Assembly: GCA_021791335.1 (NCBI GenBank)
Contig: JAJYWS010000023.1
Coordinates: 1-49,323, forward strand
Reading direction: 5' to 3'
DNA from: Thermoplasmata archaeon
GTDB taxonomy: Archaea; Thermoplasmatota; Thermoplasmata; Lutacidiplasmatales; UBA184
Length of the DNA stretch: 49,323 nucleotides
The position numbers were made by a program, and so were the translations under genes. Positions within the stretch are counted from its first letter, which is position 1, and each line of letters starts with the position of its first letter. Positions 36,223 to 46,112 of the stretch are shown here, one piece after another. The notes under the pieces were generated by a model. It did no database searches and was not told where the DNA came from. It saw only the letters and a program-made list of their open reading frames with translations.

Positions 36223-36930
36223 CTACGTCGTCTCCCCCTCCCGGACGTCCGATTCGACCCGCCCGTCCCGGAGGGTCAGGTGCCGACGGGCCCGCCGGGC
36301 CACTTCGGGGTTGTGGGTGACGACGATGAGCGTGGTCTGTCGCTCCCGATGCAGGGCTTCCAGGAGGTCCAGAACCTTACCCGCGTTGTCGCTGTCGAGC
36401 TCGCCGGTGGGCTCATCCGCGAGCAGCAGGGCGGGCGAATTGACGAGGGCCCGGGCGATCGCCACCCGCTGCTCCTCCCCCCCGGACAGCTGGCTGGGAT
36501 AGAACCCGGCCCGGGCGCTCAGCCCGACGCTCTCGAGCAACTCGACCGCCCGAGCGCGGCGTTCGGCCCGGCCCCGAAGGAGGGGGCGGAGCGGCAACTC
36601 CACATTCTCCCGTACGGTCAAGGTCGGCAGGAGGTAGAATCGCTGGAAGACGAACCCGATCGACCGGAGCCGGAACCGGGCCCGCTCGCGCTCCGAGCCG
36701 TCGGCCACGTTGACGCCGTCCCAGCGGACCTCGCCCTCGGTCGGCGTGTCGATCAGGCCGAGGAGGTTCAGAAGCGTCGTCTTGCCGCAGCCGCTGGGGC
36801 CTTCGATGCTCACATACTGACCGGGCCGGAACCGGAGGTTGATCCCTCGGAGGGCCCGGACCCCGGCGGGTCCCGCGCCCCCGTAGACCTTGGTCACCCC
36901 GGCCAGCTCGATCACGGCCCCCGACGTCAT
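36223..36930 (-). CDS. ABC transporter ATP-binding protein (LolD/MacB-like)
   Basis: GPSGCGKT, IGFVFQ, LSGGEEQR, LADEPTGELDS, VTHN. Confidence 0.92.
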   Translation of the reverse strand: MTSGAVIELAGVTKVYGGAGPAGVRALRGINLRFRPGQYVSIEGPSGCGKTTLLNLLGLIDTPTEGEVRWDGVNVADGSERERARFRLRSIGFVFQRFYLLPTLTVRENVELPLRPLLRGRAERRARAVELLESVGLSARAGFYPSQLSGGEEQRVAIARALVNSPALLLADEPTGELDSDNAGKVLDLLEALHRERQTTLIVVTHNPEVARRARRHLTLRDGRVESDVREGETT

Positions 36931-38180
36931 CGCAGCGCCTCCGGGAGTGGGAGCCTAAGGGCCCGGCGGACGGCGAACGCGCTCGCCACCCCGGCCAGCG
37001 CGAGCGCGCCCACGCCGAGCGCGATCAACTGCACCGGCGAAAACACCGCGAGCCGGCTCGCGGCCTGGACCGGTGCCGATCCCACCCGGGCGAGGACGGT
37101 GACGGTCCCGATCCCGCTCGCGACCCCCAGTAGGGCCCCCGCCCCGCCGAGGAGCACGGCCCGGGCCACGATCGTCGCGGCGATGGAACGGGACGGGAGC
37201 CCGAGGGCCCGGCGGATCCCGATCTCCCGTCGCTCCGCCTCCACCCGCCGCACCAGGACCAGCGTCAGGAACACGAAGCCGATCGCCAACCCGACCGACG
37301 AGAGGACGAGGTAGAAGCCGTTCAGGATCGACGCCGCCCCCTCGAGCTGGCTCGCTTCCTGGCTGAGCGTGCTGACCCCGTAGTACGGGAGGAGGGCGTG
37401 GAGGGCGGCCACGACACGGGCGATCTGGGTCGGGGAGGTCGAGGCGGTGCCGGTCAGGCCGACATGGATCGAGTCGGCCGCATCCAAGAGACCTCCGGGG
37501 CCCGGTCCGGTGCGGGCCAACCCGGTCAGGACCTGGAGGTTGGAGAGCGGGAGGTAGATGCCGTAGTTCCCGCTCGTCGAGAACAGCGAGGCAACGACGT
37601 TGAAGGTCCCGGTGACCGTATAGGTGACCGCCCCGGAGCCGTTCGCGGCCGGGGCCAGGGTCACGGAATCGCCGACCGTGAGGTGATCGGCCTGGGCCAG
37701 GGTGGTGTTGACGAGGACATCGGGCGACACCGGTCCCGCGTAGCTTCCGTTCTGGTAGTGGATCATGTCGGTGGGGTCCCCGAGATTGGGCGGCGCGGAA
37801 AAGACCTGCGACGCGGTCGATCCCAACGTCGCGTAGTAGGCCGAGGGGATGATCCCTTCCGCCAGCAACGGGACCCACCGGCCACCGGGACCGCGCAGGT
37901 CGAGCGGTCGGGTCAGCGTCGGCGAGACCGCGCCGACGCTCGGAATCGCCGCAATCTGGCCGACCCGCTGATGGGCCAGGTCGATCCCGGCCGTCCCGGG
38001 TCCCGAGACCACGATCTGGTAGCCCGACGCCTGGAGGCGGGCGATCTCGTGCGACGAAACCCCCCCGCCGACCGACAGCAGGACCACCGGGAGGGTGATC
38101 GCCGCCGCCATCGCCACCACCGCCAGGATGCCGGGCAGGGCTCCGGGCTTCCGACCCCCTCGCCGCTCCCGTTCGCTCAT
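36927..38180 (-). CDS. ABC transporter permease (FtsX/MacB family)
   Basis: TM1, large extracellular domain, ERREIGIRRALG, C-terminal EALR. Confidence 0.87.
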   Translation of the reverse strand: MSERERRGGRKPGALPGILAVVAMAAAITLPVVLLSVGGGVSSHEIARLQASGYQIVVSGPGTAGIDLAHQRVGQIAAIPSVGAVSPTLTRPLDLRGPGGRWVPLLAEGIIPSAYYATLGSTASQVFSAPPNLGDPTDMIHYQNGSYAGPVSPDVLVNTTLAQADHLTVGDSVTLAPAANGSGAVTYTVTGTFNVVASLFSTSGNYGIYLPLSNLQVLTGLARTGPGPGGLLDAADSIHVGLTGTASTSPTQIARVVAALHALLPYYGVSTLSQEASQLEGAASILNGFYLVLSSVGLAIGFVFLTLVLVRRVEAERREIGIRRALGLPSRSIAATIVARAVLLGGAGALLGVASGIGTVTVLARVGSAPVQAASRLAVFSPVQLIALGVGALALAGVASAFAVRRALRLPLPEALR

Positions 38181-39484
38181 GGGGTTCGGAGCTCCTCACT
38201 CACCGGGATCCAGGAGGCGCGGAGGATGGGCGCGATCGATCCGACGAGGCCGAGGGCGAAGACGACCCCGAGCCCGGTGGCCGCCACGGACGGATCGAAC
38301 CGGATGAAGGCAAACCCGCTCGGGAGCCCGGTGAGGAACCCGGTGAGGAACCGGTTCAGGCCGAGCCCCATGAGATAGGCCAGTGGAAGCCCGACCGCGA
38401 GCCCGAAGACGGCCAGGAGAAGGGACTCCTCCACCACATAACCCGCGACCGTCGCCCGGGGGTAGCCGATCGCCCGCAGGATCGCGATCTCCTTGCGTCG
38501 ATCGTCCACGCTCATCAGAAGAACGGTGGTCGTGAAGAGCGTCGCGACCACGAGCCCGGTCGCGCCGACCAGCTCCCCGAAGACACTGTAGAGGTTGATC
38601 TCGCTCTGGATTGCCCCGAGAATATCCGATAGGGTGAAGAACCCGATCCCTGGAAACCGCCCCTGGAGAAACGACTGGGTGGCCGCGGCGTTGGCGCCGG
38701 GAACGAGGTGGATCAGGATCAGGGAGGCATAGTCGGCCCCGGCCGAGGCCGAGCCGGTCAGGCTCTGCAGCTCCGACAGGTAGAACATCGCCAGGGCGGC
38801 GGTCGGGATCAGGTAGTACGGCTCCGTGATGCCGACGACCCGGAACGCGGTGGCATTGGCGTACCAGCCCTCGACCTCGGCGGGGCCGGCGACCGACCGG
38901 GGGCTCGCCCAGAGGAGACTTCCCACCGTGACCCCCAGTTGGGTCGCGAGCCCCTGGTCGATCACGATCTCATGGGTGAACAGGCCGTCGTAGCTCCCGT
39001 TGGCATAGTGCGGGTCCCCGGGGTACGTGAAGCCCGTCCCGTTGACCAGGAGGGGGGTGGTAATGCCGGCGTTGTCGCTCGGGATCCAGCCGATGCTCGT
39101 GCCCGAACTGGGGCCCCACCCGGCGGGGATGAACTGACCCCCCGACGACTGGTTGGCCCGGTCCCAGAGGGAGCTGTTGCCGAAGAGGAGGCTCGCCAGG
39201 AGCCAGGGACTCGCCGATTCGACCGAGGCGTCCGCGCGGGGAATCTCCTGGGCGAGCGGGTGGGCGGAGGCGATGGGGGGGAACTGGGTGCTGGGGGGGG
39301 CCGCCCCCGGGCTGACGCCGATGAGGTCGACGCCGCTTTGGGTGGCCAGGTAGCCGGCGCTGGAGCTGATACCGGCCCCGACCGCCAGGAGGACCACGAC
39401 CAGGGCGACCGCGAGCCCGATCCCCAGGGCGGTCACCAACGAACGGCCCGGCCGTCGTCGCACGGCGTCCCAGGCGAACCGCAT
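38177..39484 (-). CDS. ABC transporter permease (FtsX/MacB family)
   Basis: RRRPGRSLVTALGI, DDRRKEIAILRAIGY, EELR. Confidence 0.9.
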   Translation of the reverse strand: MRFAWDAVRRRPGRSLVTALGIGLAVALVVVLLAVGAGISSSAGYLATQSGVDLIGVSPGAAPPSTQFPPIASAHPLAQEIPRADASVESASPWLLASLLFGNSSLWDRANQSSGGQFIPAGWGPSSGTSIGWIPSDNAGITTPLLVNGTGFTYPGDPHYANGSYDGLFTHEIVIDQGLATQLGVTVGSLLWASPRSVAGPAEVEGWYANATAFRVVGITEPYYLIPTAALAMFYLSELQSLTGSASAGADYASLILIHLVPGANAAATQSFLQGRFPGIGFFTLSDILGAIQSEINLYSVFGELVGATGLVVATLFTTTVLLMSVDDRRKEIAILRAIGYPRATVAGYVVEESLLLAVFGLAVGLPLAYLMGLGLNRFLTGFLTGLPSGFAFIRFDPSVAATGLGVVFALGLVGSIAPILRASWIPVSEELRTP

Positions 39485-39499
39485 CGGGGCCCTCCGTCC

Positions 39500-40411
39500 T
39501 CAGGCCGGCCCGCCGCGCCGGAGCTCGCCGAGGGTCGTGCGATGGGCGGCCACCACATTGTACTTGTGGATCGACTCCTCGCTCACGGTCTCGGCCCGGA
39601 TCCCGACCGCATCCGGCAACTCGGCAAACCGGTCCGGAAGGCCGGTGAGGAGGCTGCGGAGGACATCCTCGACGAACTTGGGGTTGCGGTGGGCTCGGAC
39701 CACGACCGCGGCCTCGTCCTCCCGCTTGAGGATATCGAAGGTTTCGGCCGACTGAGCCCCCTCGATCGCGGCCAACATACGGTCGACCTCGGTGGTGCAG
39801 CCGGCCGGCATCTCGAACCAGAGCCGGGTGCGGTTGCGCTGGTTGTGGGTGATCATCGGGAGGTCCTCCAGGCTCGGGTCGGCCAACCTCGGATACTCCC
39901 GGAGCAGCAGCGCCCGGCAGCTCTCCATGGCGCACGGGCAGGCGGTCATCCCGACCGCCTCGGCGCCCACCGAGTGGGTGGTCGTGACCGCGCCGCCCGG
40001 CCCGCGGACCCCCTGGGCACCGGCCAGCAGGGTATACGCCTCCAGGCTGGACCGTTCGGGCGTCGGGCCCTTGCGCAGGAAGTACTCCGCCCGGGCCCCG
40101 ACCGACGAGCGCTGGGCGGTGGGATGCCGCGTCAGGAGGTCCCGGGCGATGTCGGCACACGCGGCCTCGAGGCTCGTCGCCGGCCGCTGCGCGGTCCGGT
40201 CGACGATCTCCGCCAAAAGTTCCGAGTTTCTCGAGAGATCGGAGCCCTTTCGGTCCGCGGGGAGGTCGACCGCGAGGTCGAACTCCACGGTCAGCACGAC
40301 CGCCCGGTCGGGCCGGTCGACATGAAGGGGCTTGCGCACACCGGCGAGCCCGACCGAGTGGAGCCCGATGCGGGCCGAGTCGACCGGGGCCATGGCGTGG
40401 ACGTCCTTCAT
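39500..40411 (-). CDS. mptA: GTP cyclohydrolase FolE2/MptA family
   Basis: VDLPADRKG, GMTACPCA, THNQR, LKREDE, NPKFVED, ESIH. Confidence 0.9.
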   Translation of the reverse strand: MKDVHAMAPVDSARIGLHSVGLAGVRKPLHVDRPDRAVVLTVEFDLAVDLPADRKGSDLSRNSELLAEIVDRTAQRPATSLEAACADIARDLLTRHPTAQRSSVGARAEYFLRKGPTPERSSLEAYTLLAGAQGVRGPGGAVTTTHSVGAEAVGMTACPCAMESCRALLLREYPRLADPSLEDLPMITHNQRNRTRLWFEMPAGCTTEVDRMLAAIEGAQSAETFDILKREDEAAVVVRAHRNPKFVEDVLRSLLTGLPDRFAELPDAVGIRAETVSEESIHKYNVVAAHRTTLGELRRGGPA

Positions 40412-40505
40412 GCGCCGGACACGAGCGGCCCCCCTTAAACGGGTTGCCCGGCCCCTCCCGGGCGCCGGAGAGGAGTCTTATACGATTTACGGGAATACCG
40501 GGGCG

Positions 40506-40868
40506 ATGACCGAAGCCTCCGCTCCGTCCGCCGGATCCCCCCCCTCGATCCCCGCCGCCGGCCCCGCCGATGAGCGGGAGCGGGCGATCACCGAGAACCT
40601 GAAGAAGATCTACGACCCCGAGATCCCGATGAACATCGTCGACCTCGGACTGATCTACGGGTTTGAGTGGAAGGGGGATGATGTCACCCTCCACATGACC
40701 CTCACGGCCCCGGGCTGCCCGGTCGCGGGCATCCTCGCGGAGGAAGTCAAGGCGGCGATGGAGAAGGTCCCCAACGTCCGCTCGGCCACGGTCGACCTGG
40801 TCTGGGAACCTCCCTGGACCCCCGACCGGATGAGCGAGTTCGCGAAGCGTCAGTTCGGCTACATGTGA
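40506..40868 (+). CDS. sufT: DUF59/SufT metal-sulfur cluster maturation factor
   Basis: DPEIPMNIVDLGLIY, MTLTAPGCP, VWEPPWTPDRMS. Confidence 0.9.
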   Translation: MTEASAPSAGSPPSIPAAGPADERERAITENLKKIYDPEIPMNIVDLGLIYGFEWKGDDVTLHMTLTAPGCPVAGILAEEVKAAMEKVPNVRSATVDLVWEPPWTPDRMSEFAKRQFGYM

Positions 40869-40915
40869 CCGGCACCGGGACGGGAAGCGTTTAAGCTACG
40901 GGCCGATGGCCGGCC

Positions 40916-41590
40916 GTGCCGACGGTCGACGCCTACACGCGCGAACTCCAGGAGGAGCGAAGGGCCCGAGACGAGTTCATGGGCCGGGATCGGGAGTCGC
41001 CGTTCGTTTCGGCGGGCGTGCCGTTCCATCCCCTCCGCTACTTCCCCATCTCGAAGCGATACGTGGTCGAGGCCCGGCTGGTGCGCAACGACCGGCCGGT
41101 GGAGGCCTACCTGCGGACCAATCGGGATGGGCAGTCGGTGGTCCGGTATCTCGGCGACCTCCGCTTCACCCTCCGGGCCCAACCGCTGTCGTTGCGGCTC
41201 TTTCATGCCGGGGAGGGCGTCGGAACCTCGGTCTTTGTCCCGTTTCGGGACGGCACCAGCGGGCGGCAGTCCTACGGCCCCGGCCGCTACCTGACCCTGG
41301 AGCTCACCGAGGACGACCGGTACCGTCTCGACTTCAACCGGGCCTTCAACCCCTACTGCGCGTACACCGACGCCTACGAGTGCGGCTTCCCCCCGGCGGA
41401 GAACGATCTTCCGATTCCGATTCCCGCGGGCGAGATGGTTTGGGATCCGGACCGGAACCCTCGGGGTCCCTCCACGGCAGTGCTGGAGCGGACCCGGGAG
41501 GAGCTCCGCCGCCGGGCCGGGGGCCAAGGGGGCCCGAAGCCGAGCCCCGCGATCGCTACATCCCGTGGAACACGCCCAACACGCCGTTGA
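40916..41590 (+). CDS. DUF1684 family protein
   Basis: FVPFRDGTSG, YGPGRYL, LDFNRAFNPYCAY, CGFPPAENDL, AGE. Confidence 0.9.
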   Translation: MPTVDAYTRELQEERRARDEFMGRDRESPFVSAGVPFHPLRYFPISKRYVVEARLVRNDRPVEAYLRTNRDGQSVVRYLGDLRFTLRAQPLSLRLFHAGEGVGTSVFVPFRDGTSGRQSYGPGRYLTLELTEDDRYRLDFNRAFNPYCAYTDAYECGFPPAENDLPIPIPAGEMVWDPDRNPRGPSTAVLERTREELRRRAGGQGGPKPSPAIATSRGTRPTRR

Positions 41591-42191
41591 GGACGAACTG
41601 GACCCCGACGGCCGCGAGCAGGAGGCCGAGGACCCGGGTGACCGCCATGATCCCCACCTTGCCGATGTAGCGGAGGATGCGCTCACCGTAGCGGAAGACG
41701 AAGTAGCAGACCACGGTCGTCACGGCGATCGCGATGAGGGTGCCGAGGAGCGCGTACGGATCGACCGACTGGGTGCCGGCGTAGATCATCACGGTCGAGA
41801 TCGCTCCGGGGCCGGCGAGGAGCGGGATGCCGAGGGGCACGATCGAGATTTCGTCGCGCCGCTGGATCGCTTCGGCGCGGTCGGCCGGGGAGAGCTTGGT
41901 CCGGGCGATCTCGCCGTGGAGCATGTCGTAGGCGACGAGGAAGAGGAGGATCCCGCCCGCGACCTCGAACGAGTAGAGGGTGAACCCGAACGCGGCGAAG
42001 AGGTAGCGACCCACGAGCGCGAAGACGCCGAGGACCACTCCGAGGACGACCACGGCCTGGTGCATGATGATTCGGCGGTCGGCCGGGTCGAAGCCCTCGG
42101 TCAAGGCCAGGTAGAAGGGCAGGGTCCCGATCGGATCGACGATCGCAAAGACGCTCGCGATCACGGCCACGTAGAAGCCGGGCGTCACCAT
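41556..42191 (-). CDS. MarC family membrane protein
   Basis: IVDPIG, AGGILL, VPLGIPLLAGPGAI, TRVLGLLLAA. Confidence 0.92.
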   Translation of the reverse strand: MVTPGFYVAVIASVFAIVDPIGTLPFYLALTEGFDPADRRIIMHQAVVVLGVVLGVFALVGRYLFAAFGFTLYSFEVAGGILLFLVAYDMLHGEIARTKLSPADRAEAIQRRDEISIVPLGIPLLAGPGAISTVMIYAGTQSVDPYALLGTLIAIAVTTVVCYFVFRYGERILRYIGKVGIMAVTRVLGLLLAAVGVQFVLNGVLGVFHGM

Positions 42192-42245
42192 GGTCGCTCC
42201 GTGGCGGGGAGTCCGGCCGGAGCAGATGAAGCCTTGGGGAGCCCG

Positions 42246-43025
42246 CTACCGGACCGCCATCACGATCCGGTCGTCCCAGAGCTGCCAGACCACCTCCGCC
42301 TCCCGGAAGCCGGCCGACCGGAGGGACCGGAGCCAGCCGGGCAGGTGATCGTTGGCAACATCATGGTGCTCCCGCGGGTAGCGGCGCCGGCGCAGCGCGA
42401 TCTCCGAGGCGAGCCGGGGATCCCGGGCGGCCGCCGCCCACCAGCCGTTCCAGGTCGCCCCCGGCCGCCGCTGGAGTTCCCGCCGTTGGTAGCGATGGCG
42501 GATCTCCCGGACGACCCCGCCGATCCGGGCCGCCTCGGGAGCGAACGGGATGTGATCGCCGTTCAGGAACAGGCCCCCGGGCCGGATCCGGCCGGCGAGA
42601 TCGCGGTGGAGCCGGTGCAGGGCCGGGCGTCGCAGCCAGTGCAGCGCCGTGGTCGAAACGGCCGCATCGAAGCGGCCCCGGGGCAAGGCCTGGGTCCAGG
42701 TCGGGGCGCGGAGGTCGAGGTCCACCCAGCGGATCCGTGAGCCCGCCCCACGGAGCGACTCCCGGGCGATCCGAAGCAGGACCGGGTCGTGATCCACCGC
42801 GACGATCCGGGCGGAGGGCATCCGGCGGGCGATCCGTTCGGCCAGCGAGCCGAGCCCGGTTCCCAAGTCCAGAATCCGGGCGTTTCGTGGGAGCGCCTCG
42901 GCCAGGATATCACAGATGGTGGCGAACCGCACCTCCCGCTCGGGAACGTACCGCTCCTGCATCCGATCCCAGGTGGTCCGGTAGCGGTCCCACGTCGGTG
43001 GCGGACGGGAGCGTGCGGTCGGCAT
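42246..43025 (-). CDS. Class I SAM-dependent methyltransferase
   Basis: ILDLGTGLGS, VDHDP, FDAAVSTTALHW, RPGGLFLNGD. Confidence 0.88.
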   Translation of the reverse strand: MPTARSRPPPTWDRYRTTWDRMQERYVPEREVRFATICDILAEALPRNARILDLGTGLGSLAERIARRMPSARIVAVDHDPVLLRIARESLRGAGSRIRWVDLDLRAPTWTQALPRGRFDAAVSTTALHWLRRPALHRLHRDLAGRIRPGGLFLNGDHIPFAPEAARIGGVVREIRHRYQRRELQRRPGATWNGWWAAAARDPRLASEIALRRRRYPREHHDVANDHLPGWLRSLRSAGFREAEVVWQLWDDRIVMAVR

Positions 43026-43125
43026 GACCGGACTTAGCCCCGGGCCGCCTTGTCCTTTGCCCTCCCCGAGGCGGGCTCGGGTCACCGGCGTATCAGGTTA
43101 AATTCCCCGTCGACTGACCGCCCCC

Positions 43126-43563
43126 ATGGCAGCGAAGCGCACCGCTCACGCGGTTTGGGAGAACGACCTCTTGCACGGACACGGCTCGGTCGGGGGACAG
43201 ACCGGCGCCTTCCGGGATCTGGCGACCAGCTGGTCGGCTCGGACCGAGGCCCCGGCGGGGAAGACGAGCCCCGAGGAGCTGTTGGCCGCGGCCCATGCGT
43301 CCTGCCTTTCGATGGCGCTCAGCGCGATCCTCGGGCGGATGGAGAAGACCCCCCAGCGGCTTTCGGTCGAGGCGACCGCCACGATCGACAAGATCGGCGA
43401 CGGCTGGAAGGTCACGACCATGGAGCTGACCGTGAAGGGCAAGGTCCCCGGGGCCACCCCCGACGAGTTCCGGTCGGCCGTGGAACGGGCCGCCCAAGGC
43501 TGTCCCATCTCGGGCGCGCTCAAGGGCAACGTCGCGGTCTCGGTGACGGCCCACCTCGAGTAG
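43126..43563 (+). CDS. osmC: OsmC family peroxiredoxin
   Basis: SPEELLAAAHASC...CPISGAL. Confidence 0.92.
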   Translation: MAAKRTAHAVWENDLLHGHGSVGGQTGAFRDLATSWSARTEAPAGKTSPEELLAAAHASCLSMALSAILGRMEKTPQRLSVEATATIDKIGDGWKVTTMELTVKGKVPGATPDEFRSAVERAAQGCPISGALKGNVAVSVTAHLE

Positions 43564-43572
43564 GCCGACCGG

Positions 43573-44283
43573 TCACTCGAGGTCGAGATCGGCAAAGACA
43601 AACCCGTCCCGGGCCACGACCGGTCCGGGGCGGACCCGGATCGGGTGGGCGAAGAACGGGGCGCGAGTGACGCAGGTGTGAAACTCGCCGTTCTCCCCGC
43701 AGGGATCCGCCCCGTCGGGAAGGTCGGCGAGCAGGCTCCGGTCGAACCGGCGGCCCGCGAGGCTCGCGGGAATCTTGCGAGGGTCGACGCACACGAGCGT
43801 CGCCTCCAGACCGCCGTCGATCATCTCCAGGGCCAGTTCGCGGGTCGGGCGGCCCCAGATCGGGAAGATCGGAGAGAGACCGCTCGCCCGCATCTTCTCC
43901 TCCCGGTACGCCCGGATATCCTCGAGGAAGAGGTCCCCAAACGCCACATGGGTCACCGACTCGCTCCGTAGCTGCCGGGTGACCCCGGCCATCCGGGCCT
44001 CATAGACCGGATTGGGGCAGGGAAAGGGGATGCGGACCTTGTAGAGCGGAAGTCCCACGGCCGCCGCCTGGGCGTCGAGGATCGACTCCCGGACCCCGTG
44101 CATCGACACCCTCGAAAAGGTCTCGGTGATCGTCGTGAGCAGTCCGACCACGTCCACCGCACCGGCCCGGAGGAGCTCGCCCAGCGCGAAGGCCGAATCC
44201 TTCCCGCTGCTCCAGGACACCACCACTCTCGGCCGGTCGGTGCCGCCGGTCGGCGCCGGGGTCGAACTCCCCCCCAAGGTCAT
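43573..44283 (-). CDS. PP-loop ATPase, diphthine-ammonia ligase (Dph6)-like family
   Basis: SWSSGKDS, SMHGVR, FGDLFLED, DPCGENGEFHT. Confidence 0.85.
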   Translation of the reverse strand: MTLGGSSTPAPTGGTDRPRVVVSWSSGKDSAFALGELLRAGAVDVVGLLTTITETFSRVSMHGVRESILDAQAAAVGLPLYKVRIPFPCPNPVYEARMAGVTRQLRSESVTHVAFGDLFLEDIRAYREEKMRASGLSPIFPIWGRPTRELALEMIDGGLEATLVCVDPRKIPASLAGRRFDRSLLADLPDGADPCGENGEFHTCVTRAPFFAHPIRVRPGPVVARDGFVFADLDLE

Positions 44284-46010
44284 GGAGCTCCTCCGGCAAA
44301 CTCCCCCAGGCTGCGCTGGACTCTTTTCCGGGACGGCCCCGGGGCGGCCTCGGGAGGAGCGAGGTCCGGGGGGGTTCGGGCGCCGGGCGCCTCCCCCCGG
44401 GGGGTGTCGGGCTCAGGCGAATCCGCCCGACGGGAGAGGAGGCCGGGTTCGGGTTCGGTCTCCGGTTCGAAAAGCTTCGCGATCTCCTCCGACTCGGGTG
44501 ACTGCCGCATCAGGTAGCCGACCTCCGGCGCCGTAAGGCCGAGGAACCGGATCGGGAGGGGTCTTAGCGGAATCCCGGAGGCATCGAACAGCGAGTCCAT
44601 CAGGAGAAGAAAGTCATCCCGGGCCTTGCGCCGGGAGACGTGGCAGTGGGCCCCGATCTTCGCGGCGATCGAATCCCGGCTCGCCCGGGCCGCCCGGCTG
44701 CGGCCCATCTCGCCCAGGTACTGGGGAAAGCGCAGCGGGGCCGGCGGAGGGACCGGAGCGTCATGGAGGGCCGTTCCCACCCCTCCCGTGAGAATCTCGG
44801 AGGCGTAGCTCCAGAGACCGTAGGTTCGGTAACGTCGGGCCCGCTGAAGGCACCGCTCGCCCTCCAACAGCATCTCGAATGCGGCCAGGCCATGCCGCGG
44901 ATCGGGGGCTTCCCGGGGGAGGTTCTCTTCGACCCACGGCACGAGGTCGTCCGGGGCGGAGTCGGTGCGTTCCCGGACCTCGACCGCCCGGTAAAATCGC
45001 GCCGAACTGAGCGACTCCCTCAGGAGCGCTTCCATGTCGCCGGCCCGGTCCCGGTGGCCCACGAGCGGGGAGGCCCCGACCGCCAGGGGGGGTGAGCGGG
45101 CCATCGCCTCCAGGTCGTTGATGCCGGCCCGGAGATCGCCTTGGGCCCGATCGACCAGGGCGTCCAGGGTCTCGGGAGGGACGGCGATCCCTTCGCTTCG
45201 GGCGATCCGTCCGAGGGTCGCCCGCATCTCCCCGGGCAGGAGGGGACCGAAGGCAATCCGGGCCAGCGATCGGCGGACGGTGGGGGAGGAGCGCAGGAGA
45301 TCCTGATCGTTGTTCACGGTGAGAATCACCGGCTGGAGGGTTTCCCGCACCAACCGGAGGATCGCCCCCAGACCTCCTCGATCCGTGAGGTCCCGTGGCC
45401 GGGCGCGGGAGCCGAACTCCCGCAGGTCGGCTTGGGCGGCCGGATGGCGGGTCCAGGCGGCAGCCCCCGCCGACAGGGGCACCGCCTCCCAACGCGGAAA
45501 CGGGCGCGGGGCGCCCGGTTCGCCGAGTCCCCAGGCCCGGTTCAGCTCCCCGATGGATCCGTATCGGCCCCGGAGAAACTCCCGGAGGGAGAGGGGAGGC
45601 GGGCTCCGGGCCCGTTCCTCCCCGGCCCGGCCGGTCAGGCAGTCGGCTTCGTCCAGGAGAATCAGCACCCGGTGCCGTTGGGCGTCGACCGGTCCCGCCG
45701 TCAACGGATGGGTCCGGGACGCCCGGCCCGCGACCTCGTCGATCGCCGATTCGTTCCGGGCGTCCGAGGCGTTCATCTCGACCACGTCCCAGCCGAACTG
45801 GTGCGCCAGCGCCAAGGCACTCGAGGTCTTCCCGACCCCCGGGGGGCCGGAGAGCAGGGCGGCCCGGACGGCCGGAGGGCTCCGGGATCGGGCCCAGCTT
45901 TCGCCGAAGGCGATGAGTTGGGCGCGGGCCCGGGGGTTGCCCACCAGGTCGCTCAGCCGGCCCGGCCGGGTGCGCTCCGCCAGGGGGAGGTTGGGACGAG
46001 ACGACGCCAT
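44280..46010 (-). CDS. rfcL: Replication factor C large subunit with internal insertion
   Basis: ERTRP, GPPGVGKT, EMNASDAR, LLDEAD, DRGG, GDLRAGINDL, WVEEN, YGLWSYA. Confidence 0.9.
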   Translation of the reverse strand: MASSRPNLPLAERTRPGRLSDLVGNPRARAQLIAFGESWARSRSPPAVRAALLSGPPGVGKTSSALALAHQFGWDVVEMNASDARNESAIDEVAGRASRTHPLTAGPVDAQRHRVLILLDEADCLTGRAGEERARSPPPLSLREFLRGRYGSIGELNRAWGLGEPGAPRPFPRWEAVPLSAGAAAWTRHPAAQADLREFGSRARPRDLTDRGGLGAILRLVRETLQPVILTVNNDQDLLRSSPTVRRSLARIAFGPLLPGEMRATLGRIARSEGIAVPPETLDALVDRAQGDLRAGINDLEAMARSPPLAVGASPLVGHRDRAGDMEALLRESLSSARFYRAVEVRERTDSAPDDLVPWVEENLPREAPDPRHGLAAFEMLLEGERCLQRARRYRTYGLWSYASEILTGGVGTALHDAPVPPPAPLRFPQYLGEMGRSRAARASRDSIAAKIGAHCHVSRRKARDDFLLLMDSLFDASGIPLRPLPIRFLGLTAPEVGYLMRQSPESEEIAKLFEPETEPEPGLLSRRADSPEPDTPRGEAPGARTPPDLAPPEAAPGPSRKRVQRSLGEFAGGAP

Positions 46011-46112
46011 TCGTCGGGCCAGGGAGTGAGCGCACTTAAGCGCGGAGCGGACCATCCGGTCACGGGGCCCCGCCGGTCCTCCCGGGCCGGCGATCGGCGC
46101 AATCGAAGGAGT

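Noticed and set aside
45384-45629. Intein in RFC
   Set aside because: The insert lacks the C-terminal His-Asn followed by Cys/Ser/Thr and is too short for a mini-intein; reported instead as a domain insertion
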